Below, piece after piece: positions 39,825 through 50,309 of a DNA stretch of 64,000 nucleotides. Below the pieces are notes generated by a model. The model was not told the origin of the DNA. It saw nothing but the letters and a program-made list of their open reading frames with translations, and ran no database searches. The stretch comes from Candidatus Undinarchaeota archaeon (lineage in GTDB: Archaea; SpSt-1190; JASMDC01): NCBI GenBank assembly GCA_964519305.1, contig CAZFHY010000005.1, forward strand, positions 64,001-128,000. Reading direction: 5' to 3'. Each line of letters starts with the position of its first letter. The stretch's first letter is position 1. The position numbers and the translations under genes were made by a program.

Positions 39825-41252
39825 ATGTTCGAGGACATACCAGTTGAAGTGGGGATCGTCCACGAGGGAGAGCGGATCAGGCAACAACAGATGCACGTTG
39901 AGTTCGGTGGCCCGAAGGTCCCGAACAAGTTCGAGCTGGTCCAGATGAAAGATCCAAAGGAGGTCAAGGACGGGAAGGTGACCGTCGTCGGGAAGGACCT
40001 GGCCGATTTCAAGGTCGGTTCGAGAACTTCCTTCGCGCTCATCTTGCACACCGCCGGAAAGAAGATGGAGAAGGACTTGGAGCCCGTGCTCGAGCGGAGG
40101 ATCCACGACTTCTTCAACTACATCCAGGGCGTGATGCACCTGAACCAGCGCTACGACATCTGGATCAGGGTCAACAAGGACGACGTGAAGAAGGGCCTCA
40201 CCCTGGAGCATCTCGGTAAGATCACGATCCAGCTGATGAAGCAGGAGTTCAAGTTCATCGAGAAGATGGAGGCTTTCATCTACACCGATGAGAAGGAGAT
40301 CGAGTCGAAGATCGCCAACGCACGCGACATCTACGAAGCGCGTGATGCCCGGGCGCGGACACTGACGGACGACGAAGTGGACGAGTTCTATGGTTGTATC
40401 CTCTGCCAGTCCTTCGCACCCATCCATATCTGTGTAGTCACTCCCGAGCGGATGGCCCTGTGCGGTGCCATTTCGTGGTTCGATGCACGTGCCAGTGCGC
40501 GGATCGATCCTGAGGGCCCAAACTTCGTGATCGAGAAGGGTGAAGTTCTGGACGCGGACAAGGGACAATATTCTGGTGTGGACGAGGCCGTTGACGAGAA
40601 GTCGGGCGGCGTCACCAAAGAGATCTACCTGCACTCCATGTTCGGACTGCCCCACACATCATGCGGCTGCTTCGAGGCAATCGTGTTCTACATCCCGGAG
40701 ATCGACGGCGTCGGTCTCGTCAACCGGGAGTACATGGAGACATGTGTTAACGGTCTGAAGTTCTCCCAAATGGCTGAACAGACCGGTGGTGGCGAACAGA
40801 CCGAGGGATTCCTGGGGACGGCAGTCGAGTACTTCCGGTCCAAGAAGTTCCTCAAGGGTGATGGCGGGTGGACCCGGGTCGCCTGGATGCCCAAGGTGGT
40901 CTACGATGCCATCGGGGACTACATCCCCGAGGAGTTCAAGGACAAGATCGCTACCGAGGACGTCAAGAACCTCAAGGATCTGAAATCGTTCCTCGAGGAG
41001 AAGGAGCACCCTCTCGCTCAGGCATGGATGAAGCCGGCTGAGGAGGAGGCTCCGGTCGAAGCCCCCGCTCCAGCAGCGACCGAGATCGCGCCGGTGGCCG
41101 CCGCGCCGGGCGCGCTCATGCAGGTCCCGGCCGGTGCGCCCGTCATGACACTTCCTGCAGCGACCGTCCCGGCCGGTGGTGGTTTCAAGATCACCTTCAA
41201 GAACGCCAGGATCTACGCTGACAAGGTCATCATCCAAAAGGTGAAGGAGTAG
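39825..41252 (+). CDS. cdhC: Acetyl-CoA synthase beta subunit
   Basis: FYGC.LCQSFAP.H.C..TP.R...CGA, HTSCGCFE A-cluster motifs; Ala/Pro linker and C-terminal F.I.FKNA.I module. Confidence 0.98.
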   Translation: MFEDIPVEVGIVHEGERIRQQQMHVEFGGPKVPNKFELVQMKDPKEVKDGKVTVVGKDLADFKVGSRTSFALILHTAGKKMEKDLEPVLERRIHDFFNYIQGVMHLNQRYDIWIRVNKDDVKKGLTLEHLGKITIQLMKQEFKFIEKMEAFIYTDEKEIESKIANARDIYEARDARARTLTDDEVDEFYGCILCQSFAPIHICVVTPERMALCGAISWFDARASARIDPEGPNFVIEKGEVLDADKGQYSGVDEAVDEKSGGVTKEIYLHSMFGLPHTSCGCFEAIVFYIPEIDGVGLVNREYMETCVNGLKFSQMAEQTGGGEQTEGFLGTAVEYFRSKKFLKGDGGWTRVAWMPKVVYDAIGDYIPEEFKDKIATEDVKNLKDLKSFLEEKEHPLAQAWMKPAEEEAPVEAPAPAATEIAPVAAAPGALMQVPAGAPVMTLPAATVPAGGGFKITFKNARIYADKVIIQKVKE

Positions 41253-41267
41253 GACGGGTGACTGCTC

Positions 41268-42020
41268 GTGATCATCGCGGTCTCAGGTAAAGGCGGTACG
41301 GGCAAGACGTTCGTCGCCAGCGTACTGGTCACACAGCTACGCAAGACGTTCCCTGAGGCGGCAATCCTTGCCGTCGATGCCGATCCGGACGCCAACCTGG
41401 CTTTCGCCCTCGGTCTCGAGATGTCCCGCTCCATAGGGGATGTCCGTGAGCAGTTGCTGGCCGAGAAGGACAAGCTCGCCCCCAGCGTTACGAAGCGTGA
41501 GTGGTTGGACGGCCAGGTCTTCGAGGTTACAATCGAGGGGCCGAACTGTGACCTGCTCATCATGGGCAGGCCGGAGGGACGGGGGTGCTACTGCTCGGTC
41601 AACCATCTGCTGAGGAACATCATCGACAGTGCAAAGGACAGCTATGACCACGTTGTGATCGATGCCGAGGCCGGGCTCGAGCACCTGAGCAGGACGACGA
41701 CCAGGGATGTCGATACCTTGGTCGTGGTCACGGACCAATCCCTGAACTCCCTCAAGACCGCCTGTTCGATTCGCACGATGTCCAATGACCTGAAGCTCAA
41801 TGTCGGTAAGCTACTCGTCGTCGGGAACAAGATCCGTGATGGACAGGCTGATTTATTCCAATCAAAAGCCCAGGAAATGGGTCTCGATATCGACGCTATC
41901 GTCCCGTTCGACGAACACGTGACCGAGCTCGACCTAGAGGGCCGCCCCGTGGCGTCGCTCAAGGAAGGGTCGCCCGCCCTTGCGGCCGTCACTGAACTGG
42001 GAAACAGTATCTTTTCATGA
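41268..42020 (+). CDS. cooC: CooC/AcsF-type nickel insertion ATPase
   Basis: GKGGTGKT, DADPD.NL, MGRPEG.GCYC, D.EAGLEHLSR motifs. Confidence 0.95.
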   Translation: MIIAVSGKGGTGKTFVASVLVTQLRKTFPEAAILAVDADPDANLAFALGLEMSRSIGDVREQLLAEKDKLAPSVTKREWLDGQVFEVTIEGPNCDLLIMGRPEGRGCYCSVNHLLRNIIDSAKDSYDHVVIDAEAGLEHLSRTTTRDVDTLVVVTDQSLNSLKTACSIRTMSNDLKLNVGKLLVVGNKIRDGQADLFQSKAQEMGLDIDAIVPFDEHVTELDLEGRPVASLKEGSPALAAVTELGNSIFS

Positions 42021-42035
42021 TAGGTAGTGATCACC

Positions 42036-43256
42036 ATGGCAGAAGAGAAGAAGGATACAAAGAACGGAGCAGTTACGATCTCTGACCTGATGTCAAAGGT
42101 CAAGCGGCTGGAACTGGAGAACGTGTCCATCGAGGCCGATGAGCTCGTGCTCGAGCTCACACCGGCCCTGACGCAGGTCCTTGTCCAGATGATGGGCGGA
42201 GCGGGCCCGGGGATGGCCGGTGCACCGGGTGCCCCTCCCAAGAAGGTCGGGCCTTTCAAGTTCGAGACCCCCATCGCGGAATGGAAGCAGGACATCCTAG
42301 AGCTCACTATCGGAGCGACGAAGGAGGATGGTGGTACGAGGGACTACAGCGTCGTCATCGGTGGCCAGAAGACCATGCCCTTCTACACCTTCGAGGCGAA
42401 GGTCCCGAACATGCCTGTGTTCTCCTATGATATCTTCGACATGGAGCTCAAGCTCCCCAAGGCCGTGCGAATGTACTATGATGGCGTAATGGACAGCCCT
42501 GTCGAATGGGCGAAGACGGCCATCGAGCGGTACAATGCCAAGATGATCACGCTCCATCTTATCTCCACCGATCCCATCAACGGGAAGGACACATCACCAG
42601 AGGACGCAGCGGCGCTCATCGAGGATATGCTCAAAGAGATCAAGGTCCCGATGATCATCTCAGGCTCAGGGAACAGAAAGAAGGACCCGCCTGTGCTGGT
42701 AAAGGCCGCTGAAGCGGCCTCAGGGGAACGGGTGCTCCTGTCAGCGGCGCTCAACGATAATTACCAATCCATAGCTCCGGCGGTAATAGAGCACAATCAC
42801 GCGGTGCTCGCCCTGGCCACCATGGACCCTGCCGCTCAGAAGACACTGACCCGAGGTCTGGTCGTCGAGGGTGTCCCACGGAACAGCATCGTCATGGACA
42901 CGTTCACCGGCTCCCTGGGCTACGGCGTGGAGTACACCATCACCACCATGGAGCGGATCCGTCAGATGGCGTTCCGCGGTGACAAGGACCTCAACTATCC
43001 GATACTCTCGGGGACCTCCAATGCGTGGGCCGCCAGGGAGGCCTGGCGTAAGAACGACGAGTGGGGCGAGAAGCTTTACCGCGGCCCGTTATGGGAGGCG
43101 ACAACCGGGTTAATGGCATTGCTCTCCGGTGCGGACATATTCATGATGCTTCACCCCGGCGCGATCGATGCTCTAAGATCGATCGCCGAGCAGCTCCTCA
43201 TCGAAGAGGACGACTCGAAGCCGATGAAACCCGAGCAATGGATCAAGGGGGTATGA
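42036..43256 (+). CDS. cdhD: Corrinoid Fe-S protein small (delta) subunit
   Basis: IGAT..DGGTR, HLISTDP, GSGN..KDP, LGYG.EY, NAWAAREAW, MLHP motifs. Confidence 0.96.
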   Translation: MAEEKKDTKNGAVTISDLMSKVKRLELENVSIEADELVLELTPALTQVLVQMMGGAGPGMAGAPGAPPKKVGPFKFETPIAEWKQDILELTIGATKEDGGTRDYSVVIGGQKTMPFYTFEAKVPNMPVFSYDIFDMELKLPKAVRMYYDGVMDSPVEWAKTAIERYNAKMITLHLISTDPINGKDTSPEDAAALIEDMLKEIKVPMIISGSGNRKKDPPVLVKAAEAASGERVLLSAALNDNYQSIAPAVIEHNHAVLALATMDPAAQKTLTRGLVVEGVPRNSIVMDTFTGSLGYGVEYTITTMERIRQMAFRGDKDLNYPILSGTSNAWAAREAWRKNDEWGEKLYRGPLWEATTGLMALLSGADIFMMLHPGAIDALRSIAEQLLIEEDDSKPMKPEQWIKGV

Positions 43257-43260
43257 AAGG

Positions 43261-44664
43261 ATGCCACGACTTACACCTATGATGATCTACAAGTATCTCC
43301 CTGGCAGGAACTGCGAGGCCTGCGGCGAGGAATCGTGCATGGCCCTGGCCCTGAAGCTGATCCAGCGGGAGAAAACCCCCGAGAGCTGCGCCAGCATGAC
43401 CGATATGGAGCGCTTGGTGCTCGTTGACATCCTTACTCCGCCCATCAGGGAGATAACCATCGGTAGCGGTGCGACCGCCATCAAGCTCGGTGGTGAGGAG
43501 GTGCTCTATCGGCACGAGCTCAAGTACTTCAATCCGACGGCCATCGCCATTGATATAGCCGACACTATGGACGAGAAGACCATCAAGGAGCGCATCGAAT
43601 TCATCAACACCTTCTCCATAGAAAGGCTCGGCGTCATCCTGAACCTGGACATGGTCGCCATCCGGTGCGCATCGGATGATCCGGCCAAGTTCAAGACCGC
43701 CATCGAGCTCACAATGAAAGAGACGGACAAGTCGCTCATGCTCTGCACGGTCGATCCGAAGTTGATGGAGGAGGGGCTCAAGCTCCTCAAGGGGAAGAAC
43801 CCGGTCATGTACACTGCGACGGCCAAGAACTTCGACGCTTTCGTGTCCCTTGCCAAGACCTACGATGCCACCCTGGTGCTCTACTCGAAGAGCCCATCGA
43901 AGCTGGGGACCATGGTACGGAAGGCTGAGGCCGCAGGGCTCACGCGACTTGTGCTCGATCCCGCGACAGGCATCACCGGTAAGGCGCTGGGGAACTCGAT
44001 CAACCGGATGGTCAAGGAACGCAGGGCCGCTATCGAGAACGGCGTCAAGGAGCTGGGTTATCCCACCCTAACGATCCCGAGCGCCGTGGGACTTACAGAG
44101 GAGGACCCCGTACAGGCCTCGTTCATGGAGACCCTTGTAGCGAGCATACACCTGGACAGGTTCGCGGACATGATCGTGCTCAGTTCGGTGGAGCCTTGGT
44201 CGGTCCTTCCGCTCCTCACCCTCCGCCAGAACATCTACACGGACCCGAGGACGGAGCCGACGGTCAAGGCCGAGCTGTACAAGATCGGCGATCCCGACGA
44301 GCATTCACCCGTCATCCTCACGGTGAACTTCTCTTTAACCTACTTCACAGTGGAGGGCGACCTCCGACGGTCCGGGGTATCTGCCTGGCTCATCGTGCTC
44401 GACACCAACGGATTCGCCGTGGACACGGCAGTTGCAGCGAACACCATGAGCGCGGACGATGTCAAGAAGTTCATCGACGACTTCAAGGTGGAGGAGAAGG
44501 TCAAGCACCGCAAGATGCTGATCCCGGCGCTGGCCGCACAGTTACGGGGCGATCTCGAGGACACGACCGGCTGGGAGATCTTCGTGGCAGGACGGGACTC
44601 GTCAGAGATCGCAGGATTCCTGAAGGACAAGTGGGAATGGAGGGACTCGGTATGGAAAGGGTGA
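43261..44664 (+). CDS. cdhE: Corrinoid Fe-S protein large (gamma) subunit
   Basis: LP..NC..CG..SCMA.A, GGEEVLYRHE, RQNIYTDP, T.NFSLTYFTV..D motifs. Confidence 0.97.
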   Translation: MPRLTPMMIYKYLPGRNCEACGEESCMALALKLIQREKTPESCASMTDMERLVLVDILTPPIREITIGSGATAIKLGGEEVLYRHELKYFNPTAIAIDIADTMDEKTIKERIEFINTFSIERLGVILNLDMVAIRCASDDPAKFKTAIELTMKETDKSLMLCTVDPKLMEEGLKLLKGKNPVMYTATAKNFDAFVSLAKTYDATLVLYSKSPSKLGTMVRKAEAAGLTRLVLDPATGITGKALGNSINRMVKERRAAIENGVKELGYPTLTIPSAVGLTEEDPVQASFMETLVASIHLDRFADMIVLSSVEPWSVLPLLTLRQNIYTDPRTEPTVKAELYKIGDPDEHSPVILTVNFSLTYFTVEGDLRRSGVSAWLIVLDTNGFAVDTAVAANTMSADDVKKFIDDFKVEEKVKHRKMLIPALAAQLRGDLEDTTGWEIFVAGRDSSEIAGFLKDKWEWRDSVWKG

Positions 44665-45491
44665 AGATCGGGATTATCAAGACTGGCAACATAGGTATCT
44701 CACCGCTCATCGACCTCGTGCTTGACGAGCGAGCGGACCGGGAGGACCTCACGTTCATAGCACGGACATCGGGACCCAAGATGGACCCTGAGAGCTCACA
44801 GGAGGTGGCCGCGTCCCTTATCGCCGATAAACCGGACCTGGTCCTGTACTCGACACCGAACGCCGCTATCGCTGGCCCCAAGGTGGTGCGTAAGCTTCTT
44901 TCCGAAGCGGGCATCCCGAGCATCGTGTTCAGCGACGGACCAGCGGCACGCGCGAAGGAGGACTTCGAGGCCGAAGGACTGGGGTACGTCCTGATCAAGG
45001 GCGACCCCCTCATCGGGGCCCGACGAGAGTTCCTGGACCCCACCGAGATGGCCTTGTTCAACTCCGACATCATCCGCGTCCTCTCCGGGACGGGCGTGGT
45101 CCGGCACATCGTCGAACTGCTGGACACAGCTATCGAGCGGATCAAGAGCGGCACGCTCGGGTCCGACGACCTGCCACGGATAGTCATCACAGCACGCACC
45201 GTGGCCAAGATGGGATACTACCAGAACCCCTATGCGCTCGCCAAGGCAATGGCCGCCTATCGCATGGCCGAGAACGTGGCCGCAATCGACTTCGAGGCAT
45301 GCTTCAAGCTCAAGGAGGAACGAGATTACGTTCTGATGGCGGCCACCGCTCACGAAGTACTGGCCGCGGCCGCACGTCTGGTCGACGAGGCACGGGAGAT
45401 CGAGAAAGGCAACGACACCGTGCTGAGGACATCGCATTCCAAGAGCGGCAAGGTGACCGAACGGTCCGGACTGCTCGAGGGGGCGGACTGA
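44652..45491 (+). CDS. mtd: F420-dependent methylene-H4MPT dehydrogenase
   Basis: KIGIIK.GNIG, LDERADRED, SG.KM.P, D..IGARREFLDPTEMALFN.D, NPYA.AKA.AA, ARE.EK..D.V.R motifs. Confidence 0.97.
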   Translation: MERVKIGIIKTGNIGISPLIDLVLDERADREDLTFIARTSGPKMDPESSQEVAASLIADKPDLVLYSTPNAAIAGPKVVRKLLSEAGIPSIVFSDGPAARAKEDFEAEGLGYVLIKGDPLIGARREFLDPTEMALFNSDIIRVLSGTGVVRHIVELLDTAIERIKSGTLGSDDLPRIVITARTVAKMGYYQNPYALAKAMAAYRMAENVAAIDFEACFKLKEERDYVLMAATAHEVLAAAARLVDEAREIEKGNDTVLRTSHSKSGKVTERSGLLEGAD

Positions 45492-45493
45492 CC

Positions 45494-46357
45494 GTGATCA
45501 TCGAGGACACATTCTCCGAAGTGTTCGGCACCAAGTGCGGGCGGTTCCTAGTGACCGCTTCGAACGAGCGGTGGGCACGCATCGCCGCCCAATCGGCCGT
45601 GGGATTCGCTACGTCAATCATCTTCTGTCCCGCAGAGGCAGGTATCGACACGTTCGTCGAGTCAGGGCCCGACGGTCGACCAGGATATGTGGTGATGATC
45701 ACCCACCCAAGCGGAAAAGTGCTGAAAGAACAGCTTTTGGAGCGGATCGGTCAATGCGTCCTCACGGCGCCTACGACGGCCTGCTTCAACCTCATCGAAT
45801 CGGAGGAACCCTATCCCATTGGCAAGATGATGAACTACTTCGGTGACGGTTATGGGACGGCGCTCGAACGGTGGGGGCGAAAGCTCTACTCGATCCCTAT
45901 CATGGGAGGAGACTTCCTTATCGAGGAGTCCTTCGGGTACGCGAAAGGGTACTCGGGCAACCTCTGGATCATGGTCAATGATGCTGAGAAGGGTCTTGCT
46001 GCGTGCGAGCGTGTCATCGAGCGGATCAGTGGGATGGAGGGGATCATTGCACCCTTCCCGGGCGGCATCTGCTCGTCCGGATCGAAGGTCGGTTCCATAA
46101 AGTACAAGTTCCTCAAAGCATCCACCAATCACGAATATTGCCCCACGATCAAAGACAATGTGGATGCCACGAAAGTCCCCGAGAACGTGGTGGGCATCTA
46201 CGAGTTCATCTTCAATGCGGTCGACCTCGATACTCTGACGAAGGGCTTCAAGAGCGCGGTGGACGTGCTCGCTGACGCCGAGGGGATTGAACGCATCTCG
46301 GCAGGTAACTACGGGGGCAAGCTCGGGCCCGAGAAGATCTACCTACGGGAGCTCTGA
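45494..46357 (+). CDS. ftr: Formylmethanofuran:H4MPT formyltransferase
   Basis: IEDTF.E.F, GFATS.I.CP.EAGID, PDGRPG, RIGQCVLT.PTTA.F, SGSKVGS, STN...CPT, AGNYGGKLG motifs. Confidence 0.97.
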   Translation: MIIEDTFSEVFGTKCGRFLVTASNERWARIAAQSAVGFATSIIFCPAEAGIDTFVESGPDGRPGYVVMITHPSGKVLKEQLLERIGQCVLTAPTTACFNLIESEEPYPIGKMMNYFGDGYGTALERWGRKLYSIPIMGGDFLIEESFGYAKGYSGNLWIMVNDAEKGLAACERVIERISGMEGIIAPFPGGICSSGSKVGSIKYKFLKASTNHEYCPTIKDNVDATKVPENVVGIYEFIFNAVDLDTLTKGFKSAVDVLADAEGIERISAGNYGGKLGPEKIYLREL

Positions 46358-46382
46358 CCAATACATAGGACGGTGATGCCAA

Positions 46383-46841
46383 ATGGTACGTGCGATGGAT
46401 TTCTACAATCTCCTGCCCAAGACGAACTGCGAGAAGTGCCCGCAGAAATCGTGCATGGCGTTCGCTATGGCGCTCCTGAAGAACGAGGCGAAGCTGGAGG
46501 ATTGCCTTCCAGTGACGGCCGAGGATTTCCAGGAGAACAGGGAGAAGCTCTTAGAGCTCCTTGAGACCATCAAGGATGCTGAGGCCTCAGGCCTGATCGT
46601 GCATGAGGAGCTCTGTGACGGATGCGGCAACTGTCTCGTGGCATGCCCCGTCAACGTCGTCGATCCAAAAGCTGCTGGGGGGAAGGGGCCCGACACCGAC
46701 GAGGTCATCATGAAGGTCATCAACGGTCGCATCAAGATCATCAATCTAGAGGTATGCCGCCGCGTATCGGGCGAGGTGGCCACACGAACGTGCCGGGTAT
46801 GCGGAGAGGCCTGCCCCAAGAAGGCGTTCGAGTTCATCTGA
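46383..46841 (+). CDS. fwdG: Formylmethanofuran dehydrogenase subunit G (N-terminal Fe-S domain plus 2[4Fe-4S])
   Basis: LLPKTNC.KC...SCMAFA; GL.VHEELC.GCGNC.VACPVN...GGKGP. Confidence 0.85.
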   Translation: MVRAMDFYNLLPKTNCEKCPQKSCMAFAMALLKNEAKLEDCLPVTAEDFQENREKLLELLETIKDAEASGLIVHEELCDGCGNCLVACPVNVVDPKAAGGKGPDTDEVIMKVINGRIKIINLEVCRRVSGEVATRTCRVCGEACPKKAFEFI

Positions 46842-46851
46842 GGTAATCATT

Positions 46852-47262
46852 ATGGGATTCCTTATCCTAGCACCACCGATAAAATGCACCCTGGTCACGG
46901 TTCGGACCGCGCGGCAGGGTGAGGCCATGGAAATGGGTAAGCTCACCCAGGAGTACCAGGAAGAGTGCTCCACCGTCCTCATGGACGAGGATGATATGAA
47001 ACGGCTCCGCGTCAAGGAGGACTCCATCGTGAAGGTCACGACCAAGACGGGCTCAGTCGAGCTCAGGGTACGACCGGTCACGAACTCTCCGGGCGTCATC
47101 GCTGTACCGCTCGGCCCGTGGGCGAACTCGCTCATCCCATCCGACACATCTCATACCGGGATGCCGTCGTACAAAGGGATCCCGGCCGAGGTGTCCGCGT
47201 CCATGGGACAGGCGATCACGAGTCTTGACAGACTGCTCGGTGATCTGTACGGGGGTGCCTGA
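46852..47262 (+). CDS. fwdD: Formylmethanofuran dehydrogenase subunit D
   Basis: T.RT..QG...E.GK...Y, P.GPWAN.L....T..TGMP.YKG motifs. Confidence 0.95.
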   Translation: MGFLILAPPIKCTLVTVRTARQGEAMEMGKLTQEYQEECSTVLMDEDDMKRLRVKEDSIVKVTTKTGSVELRVRPVTNSPGVIAVPLGPWANSLIPSDTSHTGMPSYKGIPAEVSASMGQAITSLDRLLGDLYGGA

Positions 47263-47263
47263 G

Positions 47264-48631
47264 ATGGCCGAGGAGGAGAAGGTCACGAACATCAAGCCCG
47301 ATCTCACTGATGTCACTGACGTCACGTGCCCGTTCTGCGGCAACCTCTGCGACGACATCCATATCAAGAGGACGGGCGACGACGAGGCCGAGGTCCATCA
47401 CGCGTGCGGTGTTGGATACTACAAGTTCAAGAAGTTCATCACCAAGGGGGCACCTAGGAAGAACCTGCTCAGAAAGAAGAGCGGTGACAAGAAGGCCTCT
47501 GACGACACGTTCAAGGAGGCCAAGCTGGACGCGTGCATCGACAAGGCGGCCGAGCTGCTCATCGCCGCCAAGAAACCGGTGCTCTTCGGCTGGGCATCCA
47601 CATCGGTGGAGGCGATCCGGGAAGGTATCGCCCTTTCTGAGGAGGTCGGCGGTATTATCGACCAGACCACTTCGGTCTGTCATGGCCCCTCCACACTAGC
47701 TGTCCAGGACGTGGGCATCTCTTCGTGCACCCTCGGGACGGTCCTCAACCATGCGGACCTCATCATCTACTGGGGATGCAATCCCTCCGAGGCCCACCTG
47801 CGGCACATGAGTAGATATACAGTCTACCCCAGGGGTGCCTTCAGGGAGAAGGGACGCCAGGACCGGGAGGTCGTGGTCGTCGACGTCAGGGAGACCTCGT
47901 CCACGAGTGTCGCCACCCAGTTCATCAAGGTGGACCCGAACACGGACTACGAACTGGTCCACGCGCTCAGGCTCGCCATGAAGGGCGAGGAGCTACCGGA
48001 CGAGATACCTGGGACCGGTGTCACCAAGAAGCAGGTCATGAAGCTCGCCCAAAGGCTCAAGCGCTCCAAGTTCTGCGCGTTCTTCTTCGGTCTCGGGCTG
48101 ACCATGACACGCGGAAGGCACCGGAACATCGATGCCATCCTCTCTCTGGGTGCCGAGCTCAACAAGGACACGAAGGTCGTCATCCGGCCCATGAGGGGAC
48201 ACTACAACGTCGCTGGCGCTGCTGAAGTGTTCACCTGGCAGACGGGGTACCCGTACGCTGTGGACCTCACGAGGGGGTATGCCAGATACAATCCTGGCGA
48301 GACCTCGCTGGTCGACCTCTTGGTACGGGATGATGCTGACTGCCTGTTCATCGTCGCGTCCGATCCGGTCGCGCACTTACCGAAGGAGGCCGCACGACGG
48401 TTCGGCAATCTGCCTGTTATCGTCATCGATCCTCACGCTACCATCACTTCGAAGTTCGCCGACGTCTACTTCCCGTGCGCGGTCACGGGTGTCGAATCCG
48501 AGGGCACCGCCTATAGGATGGACGGGGTCCCGATTAAGCTGAAGAAGGTCATCGACAGTGACCTGCCATCTGACACGGAGATCGTCGCCAATATCCTTGA
48601 ACGTGTCAAGAAGAAGAGAGGGGGTAAGTAG
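47264..48631 (+). CDS. fwdB: Formylmethanofuran dehydrogenase subunit B (Cys form)
   Basis: CPFCGNLCDD, SVCHGPS, WGCNP..AH.RHMSRY, PMRGHYNV motifs. Confidence 0.97.
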   Translation: MAEEEKVTNIKPDLTDVTDVTCPFCGNLCDDIHIKRTGDDEAEVHHACGVGYYKFKKFITKGAPRKNLLRKKSGDKKASDDTFKEAKLDACIDKAAELLIAAKKPVLFGWASTSVEAIREGIALSEEVGGIIDQTTSVCHGPSTLAVQDVGISSCTLGTVLNHADLIIYWGCNPSEAHLRHMSRYTVYPRGAFREKGRQDREVVVVDVRETSSTSVATQFIKVDPNTDYELVHALRLAMKGEELPDEIPGTGVTKKQVMKLAQRLKRSKFCAFFFGLGLTMTRGRHRNIDAILSLGAELNKDTKVVIRPMRGHYNVAGAAEVFTWQTGYPYAVDLTRGYARYNPGETSLVDLLVRDDADCLFIVASDPVAHLPKEAARRFGNLPVIVIDPHATITSKFADVYFPCAVTGVESEGTAYRMDGVPIKLKKVIDSDLPSDTEIVANILERVKKKRGGK

Positions 48632-48632
48632 G

Positions 48633-50309
48633 ATGGGACTGATACTCAAGAACGGTATAGTCTTCGATCCCAAGAACGGGATCCGCGGCGAGAAGATGGA
48701 CCTATTCATCAAGGACGGGAAGATAGTCGCTGAGAAAGACCTCGGAAAGAAGTCCGATACTATCGACCTAGTAGGTAAGGTCGTGTTCCCGGGCGGCGTC
48801 GACATCCATGCTCATATCGCCGGCTCGAAGGTGAACAGCGGTCGGCTCTTCCGACCAGAGGACAGCCGGATGCGCACCGTCCCGAGAACGAACGTCACAC
48901 GGGCCGGGTCAGGCTTCTCCGTACCTACCACGTACCTTACCGGGTATACATACTCGGAGATGGGCTACACCACGGTCATCGAGCCCGCGGTCCCGCCGCT
49001 GAAGGCCAGGCACACTCACGAGGAGTTCCACGATATCCCCATGCTCGACAAGACCGGGCTCCTACTCCTGGGCAACAACCATCAGGTCATCGAGTACCTC
49101 AAGGCCGGTGACCTCGACCGGTGCAGGGAGTGGGTCGCTTGGATGCTCTTGGCCACAAAGTGCTATGGTATCAAGTGCGTGAACCCGGGTGGTACGGCCA
49201 GCTGGGCGTGGGGCAAGAACGTGGAAGGCCTCGACGATCCCTGCACGTACTTCGAGGTAACGCCGCGGGAGATCATCCGTGGGCTCGTGGACATCAACGA
49301 GAACCTCGGTCTCCCTCATGCGGTCCATCTGCACTGCAACAACCTCGGCGCACCCGGTAACTATACGACCGCTATCGAGACAATCGACGCCGTCAAGGAC
49401 CTCAAGAACAAGGAACGGTCCGTCCTGCACCTCACCCACCTGCAGTTCAACGGGTATGGTGGCGACTCCTGGAAGACGTTCGAGTCCAAGGGGGTCGAGC
49501 TCGCCGAGAAGATAGACAAGACCCCGAACATCACGGTGGACACGGGGAACGTCTGCTTCGAGCCCACGACGACCATGACGGCCGACGGGCCCTTCGAGTT
49601 CCATCTCCACCGGCTCAGCAAGCAGAAATGGGTCAACTTCGACGTGGAGCTAGAGGCGGGTACCGGGATCGTGCCCTACGAGTACAAGAAGAACGTCAGC
49701 GTGAACGCGGTCCAGTGGGCCGTCGGTCTCGAGATGGTCCTTGCGCTAAAGGACCTCACGAAGATACACCTGACCACGGACCATCCGAACGGTGGCCCCT
49801 TCACGTGCTATGCAGAGATGATCGCGTGGCTCATGTCCAAGAAGGCCAGGGCCGAGACGATAGCAACGCTCCACGACGCTGTGAAGAGCAGGGCTGCGAT
49901 CTCAGACTTGGACCGTGAACTTGACCTCTTCGATATCTGTCTGATCACGCGCGGAACCGCACAGACCCTCGGTCTCGCGAACAAGGGTCATCTTGGTATC
50001 GGTGCCGACGCGGACGTCGCCGTGTACGACATCGGTGTCGAGGAGAAGGACGGGGCCAAGATCGAGCGTGCTTTCAGGCATTGTGCCTACACCATCAAGG
50101 GCGGAGAACTCGCGGTCAAGGACGGGAAGGTCGTCAATTCCGTTACGGGAAAGACGCTCTGGATCGACACGAAGCCGAAGGTGGACGCCATCGAGAAGGA
50201 CCTGAGAAAGCGGTTCGAAGCATATTACTCCGTATCGCTCGATAACTACCCCGTCGATATGAGCTATCTGGGGGAGAGCGAGATGGTCATGAAGAGGTGT
50301 AAGAAATGA
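48633..50309 (+). CDS. fwdA: Formylmethanofuran dehydrogenase subunit A
   Basis: DIHAHIAG.KVN.GR..RPED, K.VNPGG, HLHCNNLG, THLQF, TTDHPNGGPF motifs. Confidence 0.97.
   Translation: MGLILKNGIVFDPKNGIRGEKMDLFIKDGKIVAEKDLGKKSDTIDLVGKVVFPGGVDIHAHIAGSKVNSGRLFRPEDSRMRTVPRTNVTRAGSGFSVPTTYLTGYTYSEMGYTTVIEPAVPPLKARHTHEEFHDIPMLDKTGLLLLGNNHQVIEYLKAGDLDRCREWVAWMLLATKCYGIKCVNPGGTASWAWGKNVEGLDDPCTYFEVTPREIIRGLVDINENLGLPHAVHLHCNNLGAPGNYTTAIETIDAVKDLKNKERSVLHLTHLQFNGYGGDSWKTFESKGVELAEKIDKTPNITVDTGNVCFEPTTTMTADGPFEFHLHRLSKQKWVNFDVELEAGTGIVPYEYKKNVSVNAVQWAVGLEMVLALKDLTKIHLTTDHPNGGPFTCYAEMIAWLMSKKARAETIATLHDAVKSRAAISDLDRELDLFDICLITRGTAQTLGLANKGHLGIGADADVAVYDIGVEEKDGAKIERAFRHCAYTIKGGELAVKDGKVVNSVTGKTLWIDTKPKVDAIEKDLRKRFEAYYSVSLDNYPVDMSYLGESEMVMKRCKK

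Noticed and set aside
44196-44651. N-terminal extensions called by the ORF track for mtd (also ftr, hdrA, atpI, tdh, gdhA, cdhB, fwdA)
   Set aside because: They overlap upstream genes or promoters; homology motifs start at the downstream ATG/GTG used here.
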